NCBI GenBank assembly: GCA_002269645.1
Contig: NIVC01001852.1
Coordinates: 84,273 to 148,272 of the forward strand
Source: Macrostomum lignano
Taxonomy: Eukaryota
DNA: 64,000 nt
Direction of reading: 5' to 3'
The translations under genes and the position numbers were made by a program. The notes beneath the pieces are model-generated. The model was not told the DNA's origin and searched no databases. It saw only the letters and a program-made list of their open reading frames with translations. Numbering within the stretch: the stretch's first letter is position 1; every line of letters starts with the position of its first letter. This document shows positions 1-13,170 of this stretch, piece by piece.

Positions 1-1000
1 ATTAGTGCTTTAAAATTGTGATAATTGGATGGCAATAGCCAAGAAGAAAGTGAAAAATTGTGCAAAGTGAGGCTGCTAAGGCAGTCAAACATTCAGCAAA
101 GTTAAAAAGTTATACTGCTTTTTTTCTTGGAAATCCGAACCGATTCTGGTTCTGGAGTCGATTGCCGTGAAGAGCCTCCAAGTCTCTTGGATTTTCCGGT
201 GTTAGCTAACGACAGCAAACCGACGACTCTCCTGTTTCGCGCAATCGCTCAGTTGTTGATTTTGCAATATGGTTCAACAGAATGTTGCAGTCCTTGTTTA
301 TATTCCTCGTCCTCGTTAAGTTATAGGCCTATTCCAAATATTTAAAGCATAATATTTATAATTAATAGTAGTTTATAGCTTACTACTGAAAATTTGAAAC
401 AAAAATGCACATTTTTTCAGAGAATTAGTCAATAATCAATATTGGGATTGGATTTTAACAAGTAGATGGAGGATGGACATGGACATGTTATAATATAATA
501 CTATTAAATATTTAAATAGGCCCAAGAAAGATGTATCATGTATGCATTGATGGCTTGGCATTGATGCATTATTCCTAGGCCTAGCATCAATTGACAATTA
601 GCATCATTAACTTTTAGGCTAGGCCTAGTCTTTATATTTATTAAGACTAAGAGTGAGTTATTAAATATTAGGCAGTGGCAATGATTTGCAGAAAAAAAGC
701 ATTGCAAGCAAATGTTGGCAAGAAAAGAAAAAAGGCATTTTTCTCAAATTGTTTGTTAATTAAACTATTGCTTTCAATGTTTTTTGCACTTGTTCCATCT
801 AAAAAGTTGATCTTAACATGTTTTTGTTCCTACATTCCCCAAGCTATTAATTTAATTAAAACAATAAAATTAACAACTTTGTTTTTTTTGCATTTTTTCG
901 ATTTCTAGCAATTCCTAATGATTTCTAGCAATCCCTAACAATTCATAGCAATTTTTTATGATTCCTAACAATTCCTTTATTTAAAACAATTCCTACGCAC

Positions 1001-1851
1001 GAGTATAACTTTGGCTATCAACTTTTCCGTCAACTTTTCGTGTTAGTAGGCTAGAATAAATAACTTTATCTGTGACTCTGTCAACTTTTCTGTTAACTAT
1101 TCCGTCAACTTTTCTATTAACTTTTCCATCAAGTATTCCATCAACTTTTCCATTATTTATTCTGTCAAGTATTCCGTCAACTTTTCTGCCAAATATCTCA
1201 TCATTTTTCTGTTAACTATTTCATCAACATTTATGTAAGTCCGTACAATATTCTATCAAATTTTTGTGTACTCTGAATAGAAAGTGATAATTTTTTGCGC
1301 AAGTACAGTTTCCTTTGCAATTTTTATACATGCTTTAAATTTGTTTAGTATACATGTACATGTATTATAAATTATAAATAAAAAACACATTTAAAAATTT
1401 CTAGCGCGACATATTATAGAATTTGATTGGTATTGCTGCACTACTTACACTACAACATCTGCACTTGTTCATCGATTTATCTTTGTGAAATAAAGTGCTA
1501 ATACTAGGGAAAATAGAAAAGATACAAATTGTTACTGACGCAGACTTGTTTTTTCATCAATATATAAGCATGCAAACACAATAAATGATCAAAGAGCTAC
1601 TCGCATGATGATCCTATTTGAGAAAGTCACATATGTTTTTTCAGAACAATAAATTGCACTTTAATGAACTCATTTAAAGTGCAACACAGTACTTTTTTTA
1701 ATTGAACACACGGGTTGCTAGAATCCTGTCCTTCCCCTAAAAAAAGTTGATAGAATACTTGATGGAAAAGTTGACGGAAAAGTTAATGGAAAAGATGACA
1801 GAAAAGTTAATAAAAAAGTTGACAGAAAAGTTGACAGCTAAAGTTATACTC
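1001..1851. mobile_element. Foldback-type MITE with tandemly repetitive inverted arms
   Basis: The left end GAGTATAACTTTGGCTATCAACTTTTC (1001) is the near-perfect reverse complement of GAAAAGTTGACAGCTAAAGTTATACTC (ends 1851). Both arms carry ~12-13 bp TCAACTTTTCC/GGAAAAGTTGA repeats around an AT-rich non-coding core. No clear TSD. Confidence 0.65.
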
Positions 1852-2901
1852 ATGGTCTGTTATGACACTAATGCTTGGAAGTGTCTATGGCCCACAGGGA
1901 TAAGTTGGTTAAAGGGAAAGGAAGTATAAGCATTTAGACTTATGTTCTTACTACTAAGTTCTTGGTCTAGGTCTATCAATACTATGCTAGGCCTAAGAGG
2001 CTGCCTGGCTGGCAGCACTATCATTTATTATAAATCTAAACTTTCAAGCTAACTAAAAGAAACATGCTGATATCAAGAAGAATGTCAAAAAAGCTTGGTT
2101 GGCAATTTTCTTGCAGAAAATTTACTCATGGGGTAAATACACTTCAGAAAAATCTTGGTAGATAAGGCTTAATAGGAAAATCTTGGCAAATAAATCTTGG
2201 ACTTGGTAGGCCTTTTAACATGTCCTAGGGCAAAAGAGTCATCCTATATTGACTAAAAATACAAAAAAATTGATGACCATTGTCCAAGTTATATGACATA
2301 TGGAATTGCCCAATTGACAATTTAAAGGTCCACTGATTAGCTAGTTGACAAATCAACCTAAGGGTAATAACAATTTGATTAGGATCCTAGAATGCTTTAT
2401 TTTGTCTAAAGAAAGGAAAATACTTATAAGGCCTATTGTTAATAAATTGTACAAGTCTAAAATATAAAACAAATCTATATTATAATGCCTAGCTATCTAT
2501 AGCCTAGCTAATCCTGCTAGGATAGATATATCAAAGTGTTAGCTATAAACCACATATATTATATTAGAATGGCTAGATTAGCCACTTAGGTATATATACT
2601 TAGCAAAATAGCTTTCTACTTTTAGTTTAGTAGCAATAAAGAATATATAGGCCTAAGCTATTATACAAGAATAAAGATAGTTTCAATAAATTTGATAAGT
2701 TTAAAAGCTAATCTTGCAAATTTAAACAGCTTGATAATTTGGTTTAGCCATAATATAATATTAGCCACTGTACAAAGCAGATTTAAGGTTGAACAACTGA
2801 AGGTAGGACTAATAAAATTAGGTAATAGCATAGGAATAAAGCTTCTATGTAATGTAGAATTAGAGGGTTTAAGCTTTGAGATTCAAACCAATACTTATAA
2901 A

Positions 2902-3073
2902 CATACATGCGCAACTTTGGGAATCACCCGGCCATTTCTATTGGCAACACACACATGTAAGTCGCTATTGGCTAAGAGCAGTCACGTGACTACTATTCCG
3001 TCCAATAGTGACTTACATATGTATGTTGCCAATAGAAATGGCCAAGTGAATCCAAAGGTTGCGCCCAAGCATG
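2902..3073. mobile_element. CAT-terminated palindromic MITE (P/hAT-like), CCAAT subfamily
   Basis: Ends are CATACATGCGCAAC and GTTGCGCCCAAGCATG. Flanking 8-mers CTTATAAA/CTCATAAA form a TSD with 1 mismatch. The interior is palindromic. Homologous copies are at 19150-19909 and 23106-23250. Confidence 0.8.
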
Positions 3074-3924
3074 CTCATAAATAAGCCTTGTCTTTATAAA
3101 TACACTAAAATAATTTAGTTTAACTTACTATTGAACTAAAAGTTGTTTGAATGCAAATGTGCTAAGTGGCCTATCTAGTTATTCTAGTATATCCATATAC
3201 TATAAACGCTTTGTGTATGTGTGTAATTAATTTTAGGAAAAAACTGTTTAACCAGTTTTCTTCAAAGTTGCACTATTCAATCAGAAATTTTCCTATGACA
3301 ATATATGCATTGTGGCTAAGAAATTGCCCAATGCTATAGGGATTAAATATAAAAAACATGCTTTTTGCAAAGGTCAAACAGCTTTTTTGACTTGAAATGC
3401 ATTGTAAAAATGCTAGACAAAACTGACTGATTGAATTCTGATTCTGAAATAGATTGTATCACACTAAGCTTTTTATTTATTTGTACTAACTTAGTATGAG
3501 TATTAAATAAGTGCTAAAAATTCATTTTATAAAATCAACCAGAGCTACCTAGATATAAACAGACTACACTGCCAATGCAATAACCTAGGTTCAAATCTTT
3601 GTAGTTAAATTTTTTATCCAAAGCTTTTACTAAAGGATTCATTAAATAATTATTGAATAGCTAAAAAGGATTTTTTGCACTAGCTGAGATATGGAATATT
3701 GCACTAGCTAAGAAAAGGATTACTGCACTAGCTTAGAAAATAATTATTGCATTAGCTGAGATGGATTATTGCACTGGTTGAAAAGGATAGCCACCCTTGT
3801 CAAGCTTTTAGCCAAGCTCATATTGCACTGGCTGATACATAGATTATTGCACTACCTGAGAGCTATTATTGCATTAGCTGAGGAAATTGTTGCATTAGCT
3901 ACTTGCTTTCTGGTGGATGCTTGC

Positions 3925-4047
3925 TATTTAGGGATGCTTGCTATCTGGGGGGGGGGGGGGCTGTTTGATATCTCGGGGATGCTTGCTATCTGAGGGATGC
4001 TTGCTATCTGTGGGATGCTTGCTATCTGTGGGATGCTTGCTATCTGA
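3925..4047. repeat. 18-bp minisatellite (GGGATGCTTGCTATCTGN)
   Basis: About 6 tandem copies are visible, interrupted by a poly-G run. Confidence 0.85.
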
Positions 4048-4527
4048 GATATTGTAACTTTAAAGATTTCTGACTGATATATTGTTTTATAACCTAGGCT
4101 TGCATTTTTGGTGGCATGCATAAATGTTGAATAAAAGCATTTTTTTAATTTGTTTTATTAATATTCCAACATACATGTATATTGTTATATTAATCGCATA
4201 CATACAGTATATGCTATCAGTTTCTTCAAATAGTAAGCTGTTTGTTGACTTTAAGCTTGAAAATTAAAGACTTGAAACTTTGTTTTAAGCTAATGGACAT
4301 CATTTTGAGGATTTATCATGAGTCTGTCTCTCCTTTGTTTGATGTACTGTACTGTAACAAGCAAGATTTTCATTTTTAGTATATTGGATTGGGTTTGGCT
4401 ACCCTGTTTCGGTCCTCAGAGACTGTAAAATGGGGCCAGATACTCTACTAGCATTAAAAATTTACCAGCATTTGACGAATAGTTTTAACCCAGTTTCAAA
4501 TCGCTTACAAAACAATGGACTTATTGC

Positions 4528-7500
4528 ATGTCTGATCAAGCGTCTCACAGTAGACAACGCGAAGCTGCGGCCGCCGCCGCCGCTCGCATTGCCAGCAGCG
4601 ACGAGGACGACGCCAGCTCGAATGGCGACGATGAGGACAGTCTGGACTTTGATCCGTCTTATTATGACAACACGGACGAGGATATGCTAGATGGAGCCAG
4701 CGCCGACTGTCGCTCGCAACCTCAGCATCAGGAATATGAGACTCTGTCTGTGCCGCAGGTTGAGCAGCTGCTCAACGAAGCCGTTGAAGCCGCCTGCTCA
4801 GCTCTGGAACTTCGTCCTGCCACAGCCAGGCGATTATTAATTGCCTATAATTGGAATTTGGCCGCTTTGGAAACCGAATGGCGTCGGGATCGGCGCGCGG
4901 TGATGCAGAAGGCGCGGATTTTGCCGCCAGATCCCTGCGTGTCCGGTGCTCAGCGTCCGCCGCTGGGGGCGCCGATGCCTAAGCCACAGGTAGACTAATA
5001 TCGATTACATTGTGCGCGTTGGGGGGTGTAATCATAAAAATTTACAGGGGCTGTAGTGCACCCTGATGCGCAATGCTTTCGGTGACTTCGTCCAGCAACA
5101 CCAGCGCTGAAGCAGGTCTGCCCATTCTGCTGACTTCTACAAGCCCGTCAATACTGTACGCAGAATTACACAGGATTTGCAGCGGCCCTGACCTTCTAAT
5201 CGTTAGCCGTGATGCCATTTACGAAAATCATTAAATCAAGAATGGCATGGTAGATACAGTAGGTATTGCTATAGGTAGATAAAAGTAGGTATTGCTATGG
5301 GTAGATACAGTAGGTATTGCTATAGGTAGATACAGTAGGTATTGCTATGGGTAGATACAGTAGGTATTGCTATGGGTAGATACAATAGGTATTGCTATAG
5401 TTAGATACAGTAGGTATTGCTATGGGTAGATACAGTAGGTATTGCTATAGTTAGATACAGTAGGTATTGCTATGGGTAGATACAGTAGGTATTGCTATAG
5501 GTAGATAAAAGTAGGTATTGCTATAGTTAGATACAGTAGGTATTGCTATGGGTAGATACAGTAGGTATTGCTATAGGTAGATACAGTAGGTATTGCTATG
5601 GGTAGATACAGTAGGTATTGCTATGGGTAGATACAGTAGGTATTGCCATGGGTAGATACAGTAGGTATTGCTATGGGTATATACAGTAGATATTGCTATG
5701 GGTTGATACAATAGGTATTGCTATGGGTAGATACAGTAGGTATTGCTATGGGTAGATACAGTAGGTATTGCTATAGGTAGATACAGTAGGTATTGCTATG
5801 GGTAGATACAGTAGGTATTGCTATGGGTATATACAGTAGATATTGCTATGGGTTGATACAATAGGTATTGCTATGGGTAGATACAGTAGGTATTGCTATA
5901 GGTAGATACAGTAGGTATTGCTATAGGTAGATAAAAGTAGGTATTGCTATGGGTAGATACAGTAGGTATTGCTATGGATAGATATAGTAGGTATTGCTAT
6001 GGATAGATATAGTAGGTATTGCTATGGGTAGATAAAGTAAGGTATTGCTATTGGTAGATACAGTAGGTATTGCTCTAGGTGGATATAGTAGGTATTCTTA
6101 TTGGTAACTATAAATATATATGGCTATGGTAGACAGTTATAATTATGGTAAATAGAGAAGCTTAAAAGGCATAGACAGGACAGGCTCTTACTCTTAATGC
6201 TGTGATAGACAGCTTTATATAGTCTTGATGTAAAATTAATGAATTAATTACGTTAGTAAACAGCTACATACCCAAATGCCAAATTCGCTTCTTAATGCAG
6301 GTAATGCAGCCAGGAATAGCCTGCCAAATCTGCTGCCTACCAACCAGCCCAAACGTGACAGTCAAAGGCTTAGCCTGCGGTCACGTTTTCTGCACAGACT
6401 GCTGGCAGGCCTACGTAGCCACCCAGCTGCAGGCTAGCAAAGCCGATGTACAGTGCATGGAGCGGGACTGCGCACTGCTGGCCACTGACGATCTAGTTCT
6501 AGCCTGCCTGACCGATCCGGCTGTAAGGCGAAGATTTCACGAGGTTTCATTCCGAGCCCAGATTAGTTCGCATCCTCAGCTGGCCTTCTGCACTCGGTCG
6601 GATTGCACCGGCGTGCTGAGGGCTAAACAGCGGGACGCCAGGCTGGTTGTGTGCGCCCAGTGCAAGTCGGCGTTCTGCTTCGCCTGCGGCTTGGATTACC
6701 ATGCTCCAACTGATTGCGCTCTGATTAAACGGTGGCTGTTGAAGTGCAGAGACGATTCGGAGACTGCTAATTATATAAGCGCGCATACTAAGGTGAGACT
6801 TGCTGACAGGCGGACAGACAGACACTGCAACAGCAGACAGACACTGCAATAGCAGACAGACACTGCAACAGCAGACAGACACTGCAACAGCAGACAGACA
6901 CTGCAACAGCAGACAGACACTGCAATAGCAGACAGACACTGCAACAGCAGACAGACACTGCAACAGCAGACAGACACTGCAATAGCAGACAGACACTACA
7001 ACAGCAGACAAAGACTGCAACAGCAGACACTGCAACAGCAGACACTGCAACAGCAGACACTGCAGACAGACACTGCAACGGCAGACAGACACTGCAACAG
7101 CAGACAGACACTGCAACAGCAGACAGACACTGCAACAGCAGACAGACACTGCAACAGCAGACACTGCAACAGCAGACACTGCAACAGCAGACACTGCAGA
7201 CAGACACTGCAACGGCAGACAGACACTGCAACGGCAGACAGACACTGCAACAGCTGACAGACACTGCAACAGCTGACAGACACAGCAACAGCAGACATAC
7301 ACTGCAACAGCAGACAGACACAGCAACAGCAGACGTACACTGCAACGGCAGACGTACACTGCAACAGCAGACAGACACTGCAACAGCTGACAGACACTGC
7401 AACAGCAGACAGTCAGACACTGCAGACAGACAGACACTGCAACAGCAGACAGACACTGCAACAGCTGACAGACACTGCAACAGCAGACAGTCAGACACTG

Positions 7501-10500
7501 CAGACAGACAGACACTGCAACAGCAGACAGACACTGCAACAGCTGACAGACACTGCAACAGCAGACAGTCAGACACTGCAGACAGACAGACACTGCAACA
7601 GCAGACAGTCAGACACTGCAGACAGACAGATACTGCAACAGCAGACAGTCAGACACTGCAGACAGACAGACACTGCAACAGCTGACAGACACTGCAACAG
7701 CAGACAGACACTGCAACAGCTGACAGACACTGCAACAGCAGACAGTCAGACACTGCAGACAGACAGACACTGCAACAGCAGACGTACACTGCAACAGCAG
7801 ACACTGCGGACAGACAGACACTGCAGACAGACAGACACTACTACAGCAGACACTGCAGACAAACTCTGCAACAGCACACAGACACAGCAACTGCAGACAC
7901 TGCAGACAGACAGACACTGCAACAGCAGACAGACACTACAACAGCAGACAGACACTGCAAAAGCTGACAGACACTGCAACAGCAGACACTGCAGACAAAC
8001 TCTGCAACAGCACACAGACACAGCAACTGCAGACACTGCAGACAGACAGACACTGCAACAGCAGACAGACACTGCAACAGCTGACAGACACTGCAACAGC
8101 AGACAGTCAGACACTGCAGACAGACAGACACTGCAACAGCAGACGTACACTGCAACAGCAGACACTGCGGACAGACAGACACTGCAGACAGACAGACACT
8201 ACAACAGCAGACAGACACTGCAACAGCAGACAGACAGACACTGCAGACAGACAGACACTACAACAGCAGACAGACACTGCAATAGCAGACAGACACTGCA
8301 ACAGCTGACAGACACTGCAACAGCAGACAGTCAGACACTGCAGACAGACAGACACTGCAACAGCAGACAGACACTGCAACAGCTGACAGACACTGCAACA
8401 GCAGACAGTCGGACACTGCAGACAGACAGACACTGCAACAGCAGACAGTCAGACACTGCAGACAGACAGATACTGCAACAGCAGACAGTCAGACACTGCA
8501 GACAGACAGACACTGCAACAGCTGACAGACACTGCAACAGCAGACAGTCAGACACTGCAGACAGACAGACACTGCAACAGCTGACAGACACTGCAACTGC
8601 AGACAGACTGCAACAGCAGACACTGCAGAAAGAAAGATACTACAGACAGTCAGACAGACACTTAAAACAAAGAGACAGGCGGTCAGACAAGATAGGTTCA
8701 GTTGGACAGCTAGATATGTACAAAAAAGACAGGTTCAGATATAACAGACAGACCTTCTATGGTAGTCCACACAATCCACACATAGAAGACAGCAGGTCCA
8801 GACAACAGAAAATGCAACTTCAGACAGACAGGTAAGGAAATACCAACAACCAGGTCCAGACATGAAAGACAAACAGACCCAGACATAAAAGACAGGCAGG
8901 TCCAGACGACAGCAAAGACAACTTCAGACAGACAGATAACCAGATCACAAAAGCCAGCTTGTTTGAATACTGTCGAAACGCAGTTTTTGAAAGTCTGTAA
9001 ATGCTGTCATCCTAGTTAGCACCAAAACGAACACTCGAACCTCCCAATCCAGGACTGTCCAAAATGCGGAGTTTGCATCGAAAAGAACGGCGGCTGCAAT
9101 CATATGCAGTGCTTCAAGTGCAGATTCGATTTCTGCTGGGTTTGCCTCGGCGACTGGCGTCAGCACGGCAAAGATTTCTACGAGTGCAGCAAGTACAAAG
9201 AGAATCCGTCGATGCTTAGCGAGGCCGCCGCAGGCGCCCAGGCTCGCGAGGCGTTGCGCAAATATCTGCACTATTTCACCCGCTGGGACAATCACGGCAA
9301 GTCTCTGCGATTGGAGGCCGACGCTTTGAAAAAGATTCGCGACCGAATTGAAGAGCGCGTCATGCTGAGCGAGGGCACCTGGATTGATTGGCAGTACCTG
9401 ATTGTGGCGGCTGAGATGCTGCGCCGGTGCCGCTACACCCTGCAGTACACCTACCCGTACGCCTATTTTCTGCCTAAGGGTCACGTGCGCAAGGAACTGT
9501 TTGAGTATCAGCAGGTGAGTTTAAGTTAAAAGTTTTCTGTACTGCCTATTGAAGACGATACCGAGACAATAATAGCTGTTGAGTGCCTGCAAGCAACTCT
9601 CTTGTGATTCTAGCGACTCTTGTGACTGTAACGACTCAAAACGCGTCAAATGCGACAGAGAGGCTGAATCGTAGAGTCGCAGAATCGTAAAAGAGTCACG
9701 GTAGATTCGTCCAAGAATCTCTGTGTTGGCGCTTAACTTTCACCGGGGATGTGACTCTAATTTCATCAAGCAACGCAAATGCGCCTCAAGCACAACTTTG
9801 TGACTAGAGTGGTTTCAGAGTCGCAGACAATAAAACGCTTTAAAGTGACTCTTAGGTGACTCTTTGACGACTTTATGGCGACCTGTACCGTGACATCTCG
9901 TAGTTTTAGAGTCTTCTAGAGTCACTTCTTTTCTATTTTACCTGAGTTTCCTGAGTTACCTGCAACGACTGAAACGACTTTGGGCCGAGGCAAGGGACCT
10001 TTTTGGCCTAGGTACCATGGAAGTCATGTTGCCAATGCTTTTCAACTTTACTTGTTGCCATCCTGAAGTTGGACCCAGAATGCCAAATTAAAATTTGAGT
10101 AATCTGTAAATATGGAGTCTGCAGAATTGTTTGACTAGCTGGCATCCTGGTTTTCAATTTGGCACTACAATTGCGATGCCTAGTGGCTAGAGCGTTGGAC
10201 TCACGACTGAAAAGTCGGAGGTTCGATTCTCGGTCCACTCGGGACAATTTGGGTCCTTGAGCAAGGCACTTAACTCTGCATTGCTTCAGTTCACCCAGCT
10301 GTAAAATGGGTGCCAGCATTAGCTGGGGTAATTGAGGCTGTGAGGCGACCCCCCCCCCAGTCCTTGGACTGAACAGCCGTACGCAGCCTTCAGATGCGCC
10401 GCGCAATAGCTGCGGCTGAGCTGTCGGTTGCACATCTGCCCATTATAGGTGTAATCAGTTATTATTATTATTATATGTGATGCTTAAAAAACCCTGGCTT

Positions 10501-10904
10501 ATCAATTTTACACTTGATAGCAAGACGATTGAAGAGAATAAAGTTTAATATGGAGAACGGAAACGTAGAATGTCTAGCAATAGCACAAGGACGTATTAGA
10601 TTAGTATAAGAGTCGTTTGAATTTTTTAAAAAAGTTGAATGAGTCGCGTAGAGTCTTGTTGGGAGACAGTTTTTGTAGCATTTTTAGCATAATATATACA
10701 CTACTAACAGTAGTGTTAAGGGCAAAGGCGTTTGACTCTAACCATTTCTGTGTTCAACAGGCTATGCTGGAGAAAGCTGTCGAAGATCTGTCCTTCCTTA
10801 TCGAGCGGGCCGATCTGTCGGATCGGTCCCATCGGGGCCAGGTTGAAAACCAGATGTTCCACTGCGAGAAGATGCGCGAATTCCTTGTTAAGGAGTTTCA
10901 CTGA
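4528..10904 (+). CDS. ARIH2: Ariadne-2 RBR (RING1-IBR-RING2) E3 ubiquitin ligase, ~519 aa; exons 4528-4989, 6301(or 6310)-6792, 9053-9514, 10761-10904
   Basis: All introns are phase-0 GT-AG. The protein has an acidic N-terminus, UBA-like segment, RING1 (CQIC...[10 protein letters not shown]), IBR (CTRSDC...CAQC...FCFAC...H...C), and [14 protein letters not shown]|[23 protein letters not shown], which closely matches ARIH2, followed by the Ariadne domain. Confidence 0.95.
5245..6110. repeat. 25-bp minisatellite (GGTAGATACAGTAGGTATTGCTATG) in ARIH2 intron 1
   Basis: About 35 near-identical tandem units with a measured 25-bp period. Confidence 0.95.
6808..8650. repeat. Complex ~19-bp satellite (CAGACAGACACTGCAACAG and variants) in ARIH2 intron 2
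   Basis: Continuous tandem array. It accounts for all the Cys/Val/Ser-rich minus-strand ORFs in the track. Confidence 0.95.
9560..10015. repeat. Dispersed repeat, copy 1 (GAGTCGC/GCGACTC-rich, probable non-autonomous DNA element)
   Basis: Shares blocks such as CTTAGG.GACT...TGTACCGTGACATCTC...TAGAGTCACTTCTTT...TTACCTGCAACGACT...CTAGGT.CC with 12760-13170, in the same orientation. Confidence 0.65.
10172..10474 (+). mobile_element. tRNA-derived CORE-SINE
   Basis: A-box-like CCTAGTGGCTAGAGCG and B-box GGTTCGATTCTC. The central GTCCTTGAGCAAGGCACTTAACTC...CAGCTGTAAAATGGG resembles the MIR/CORE domain. It ends in a (TTA)n tail. A second copy is at 46258-46463. Confidence 0.8.
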
Positions 10905-11169
10905 CTCATTCACGCAACGACTTTTTTACTTTGCGTTGTTTTCAATTTGTTCAAATTGTTCATGCGTAATAGATCGGAAATTCCCAGAGTGAGATGGGTA
11001 TCCTAGGTGGATAGAGGTGAGTGTCCTATGTAGATTTAGGTGGGTGTCCTATGCAGATTTACTCGTATTTGGGTGTCCTAGTCGGGGTGAGATAGGTGTC
11101 CTATGTGGGGTGAAACGGGTGTCTTAGGCGGAGTCAGTTGGGTGTTTTAGATGGGGTGGGGATGTGTGT

Positions 11170-11902
11170 TCTAGCCAGACTGAGATGGGTAATCAAAAAG
11201 GAGTGGGTGGGTGTTCTAGCCAGACTGAGATGGGTAATCAAAAATGAATGAGGTGAGTGTTCTAGACAGACTGAGATGGGTAATCAAAAAGGAGTGAGGT
11301 GAGTGTTCTAGCCAGGCTGAGATGGGTAATCAAAAAGGAATGAGGTGGGTGTTCTAGCCAGGCTGAGATGGGTAACCTAAAAGGAGTGAGGTGGGTGTTC
11401 TAGCCAAGCTGAGATGGGTAATCAAAAAGGAATGAGGTGGGTGTTCTATCCAGACTCAGATGGCTAACCTGAAAGGAGTGAGGTGGGTGTTCTAGCCAGA
11501 CTCAGATGGCTAACCTGAAAGGAATGAGGTGGGTGTTCTAGCCAGACTCAGATGGCTAACCTGAAAGGAGTGAGGTGGGTGTTCTAGCCAGACTCAGATG
11601 GCTAACCTGAAAGGAGTGAGGTGGGTGTTCTAGCCAGGCTGAGATGGGTAACCTAAAAGGAGTGAGGTGGGTGTTCTAGCCAGACTGAGATGGGTAACCT
11701 AAAAGGAGTGAGGTGGGTGTTCTAGCCAGGCTGAGATGGGTAACCTAAAAGGAGTGAGGTGGGTGTTCTAGCCAGGCTGAGATGGGTAACCTAAAAGGAG
11801 TGAGGTGGGTGTTCTAGCCAGGCTGAGATGGGTAACCTAAAAGGAGTGAGGTGGGTGTTCTAGCCAGGCTGAGATGGGTAACCTGAAAGGAGTGAGGTGG
11901 GC
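11170..11902. repeat. 46-bp minisatellite downstream of ARIH2
   Basis: About 16 copies of GTGGGTGTTCTAGCCAGGCTGAGATGGGTAACCTAAAAGGAGTGAG, degenerating to the left. Confidence 0.95.
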
Positions 11903-12759
11903 GTGCTATAAAATGGCTTGAATTTATACAAGGTATAGTTTATTAATTCGGGTTATTTACGACCACATCTCTGAAGTGTAGTGTTGTAAAGTAAATGTTC
12001 AGTTTAAACGACGCCCATAAAACGTTCTAGAAACAGAATTTTTGCGTCTTCTCGTTAACTAATATTTATTGCTTTCTATTTTTGTAATAAGTTTTGCTAA
12101 CTGTCCGTGCTACGTATAGTACGGCACGCATGAGCTCTTTTATTGTATGCAAATTATTCAGCATGCCTATAATTGGGCATAGCTCCAACTCTGTTAGTTT
12201 GTGATAGTGTGTGTCTGCTCTGTTGACTGTTTCTCCCTTAATGAGCATGTCAGATACGCTCGTTAAGTTTTACCTATGCTTGATTGGCCCCATTTTCATT
12301 TAATTATTGCAATATGCTCATTAAAATTTATTTGGGTTAATTTGCTACCCGCTTTTGCCATTAGCCGAGTAATGTTCGCTACTAAATTGTTCGCTTCGTT
12401 CAACCGAAATTCCTAATCTGGTTTAATCGCTTCTTTTCTGTAAATTAATCATGCCCAGGTTTTAAAAAGATAATTGAAGAGCAATCATAATGCTATAATT
12501 ACAGTTTTATGTACATAGTGCACTGCAATCAATACGAGCGTAGTTACAACTTTCAGAACTTTATTATGTCCTGTTGTTCGGTTCAGTCTATCGTAATTTA
12601 TTATTCTGCACCAAGCATGTTTTTTTCATAAATATTCAGGTGCCGAACTCTGAATTTATTATAATTGATTCAATTTTTTTAATCGAATCTAATTATCCGT
12701 GATTATATAATTAGTTAGATAATTTATAAACCAAACAATACCCGCTGAAAACTTAACCG

Positions 12760-13170
12760 TGACAAGAATCGCTAGAGAGTCATTGCAAACAACTCACTAA
12801 TGACTCTAGCGACTGTTGAGGGATGACTGTTGAGACACGAGCGCATCACTTGAGTTGCAGAATGGTAAAAGTCGCAAAATAGTCATCCAAGAGTGGTTGT
12901 GTAATGGCGCTGGCGCTGAAGAGTAGTTGTTGTGAATGCGAAATGCAGTTCTAATTCATAAAGTGGCACAGATGCGCTTTATACGCAACTCAGTACCTCA
13001 GACACGACTCCACGGCTCCAGAGTCACTTAAACGCCTCACATTTACTCTTAGGCGACTGTTTGGCGACTTGTACCGTGACATCTCATCGGTTTAGAGTCG
13101 TCTAGAGTCACTTCTTTCCTTTTACCTGTGTTACCTGCAACGACTCTAGGACGCTTCTTGGTCTAGGTGC
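12760..13170. repeat. Dispersed repeat, copy 2 (same family as 9560-10015)
   Basis: Colinear shared blocks, ending CTTGGTCTAGGTGCC. Confidence 0.65.

Noticed and set aside
127-345. Short GC-richer ORF at the window start
   Set aside because: No motif, stops in the alternative minus-strand frames, and no splice support.
6547-8591. Cys-rich (keratin-associated or metallothionein-like) ORFs on the minus strand
   Set aside because: They are open in several frames because they translate an intronic satellite of ARIH2.
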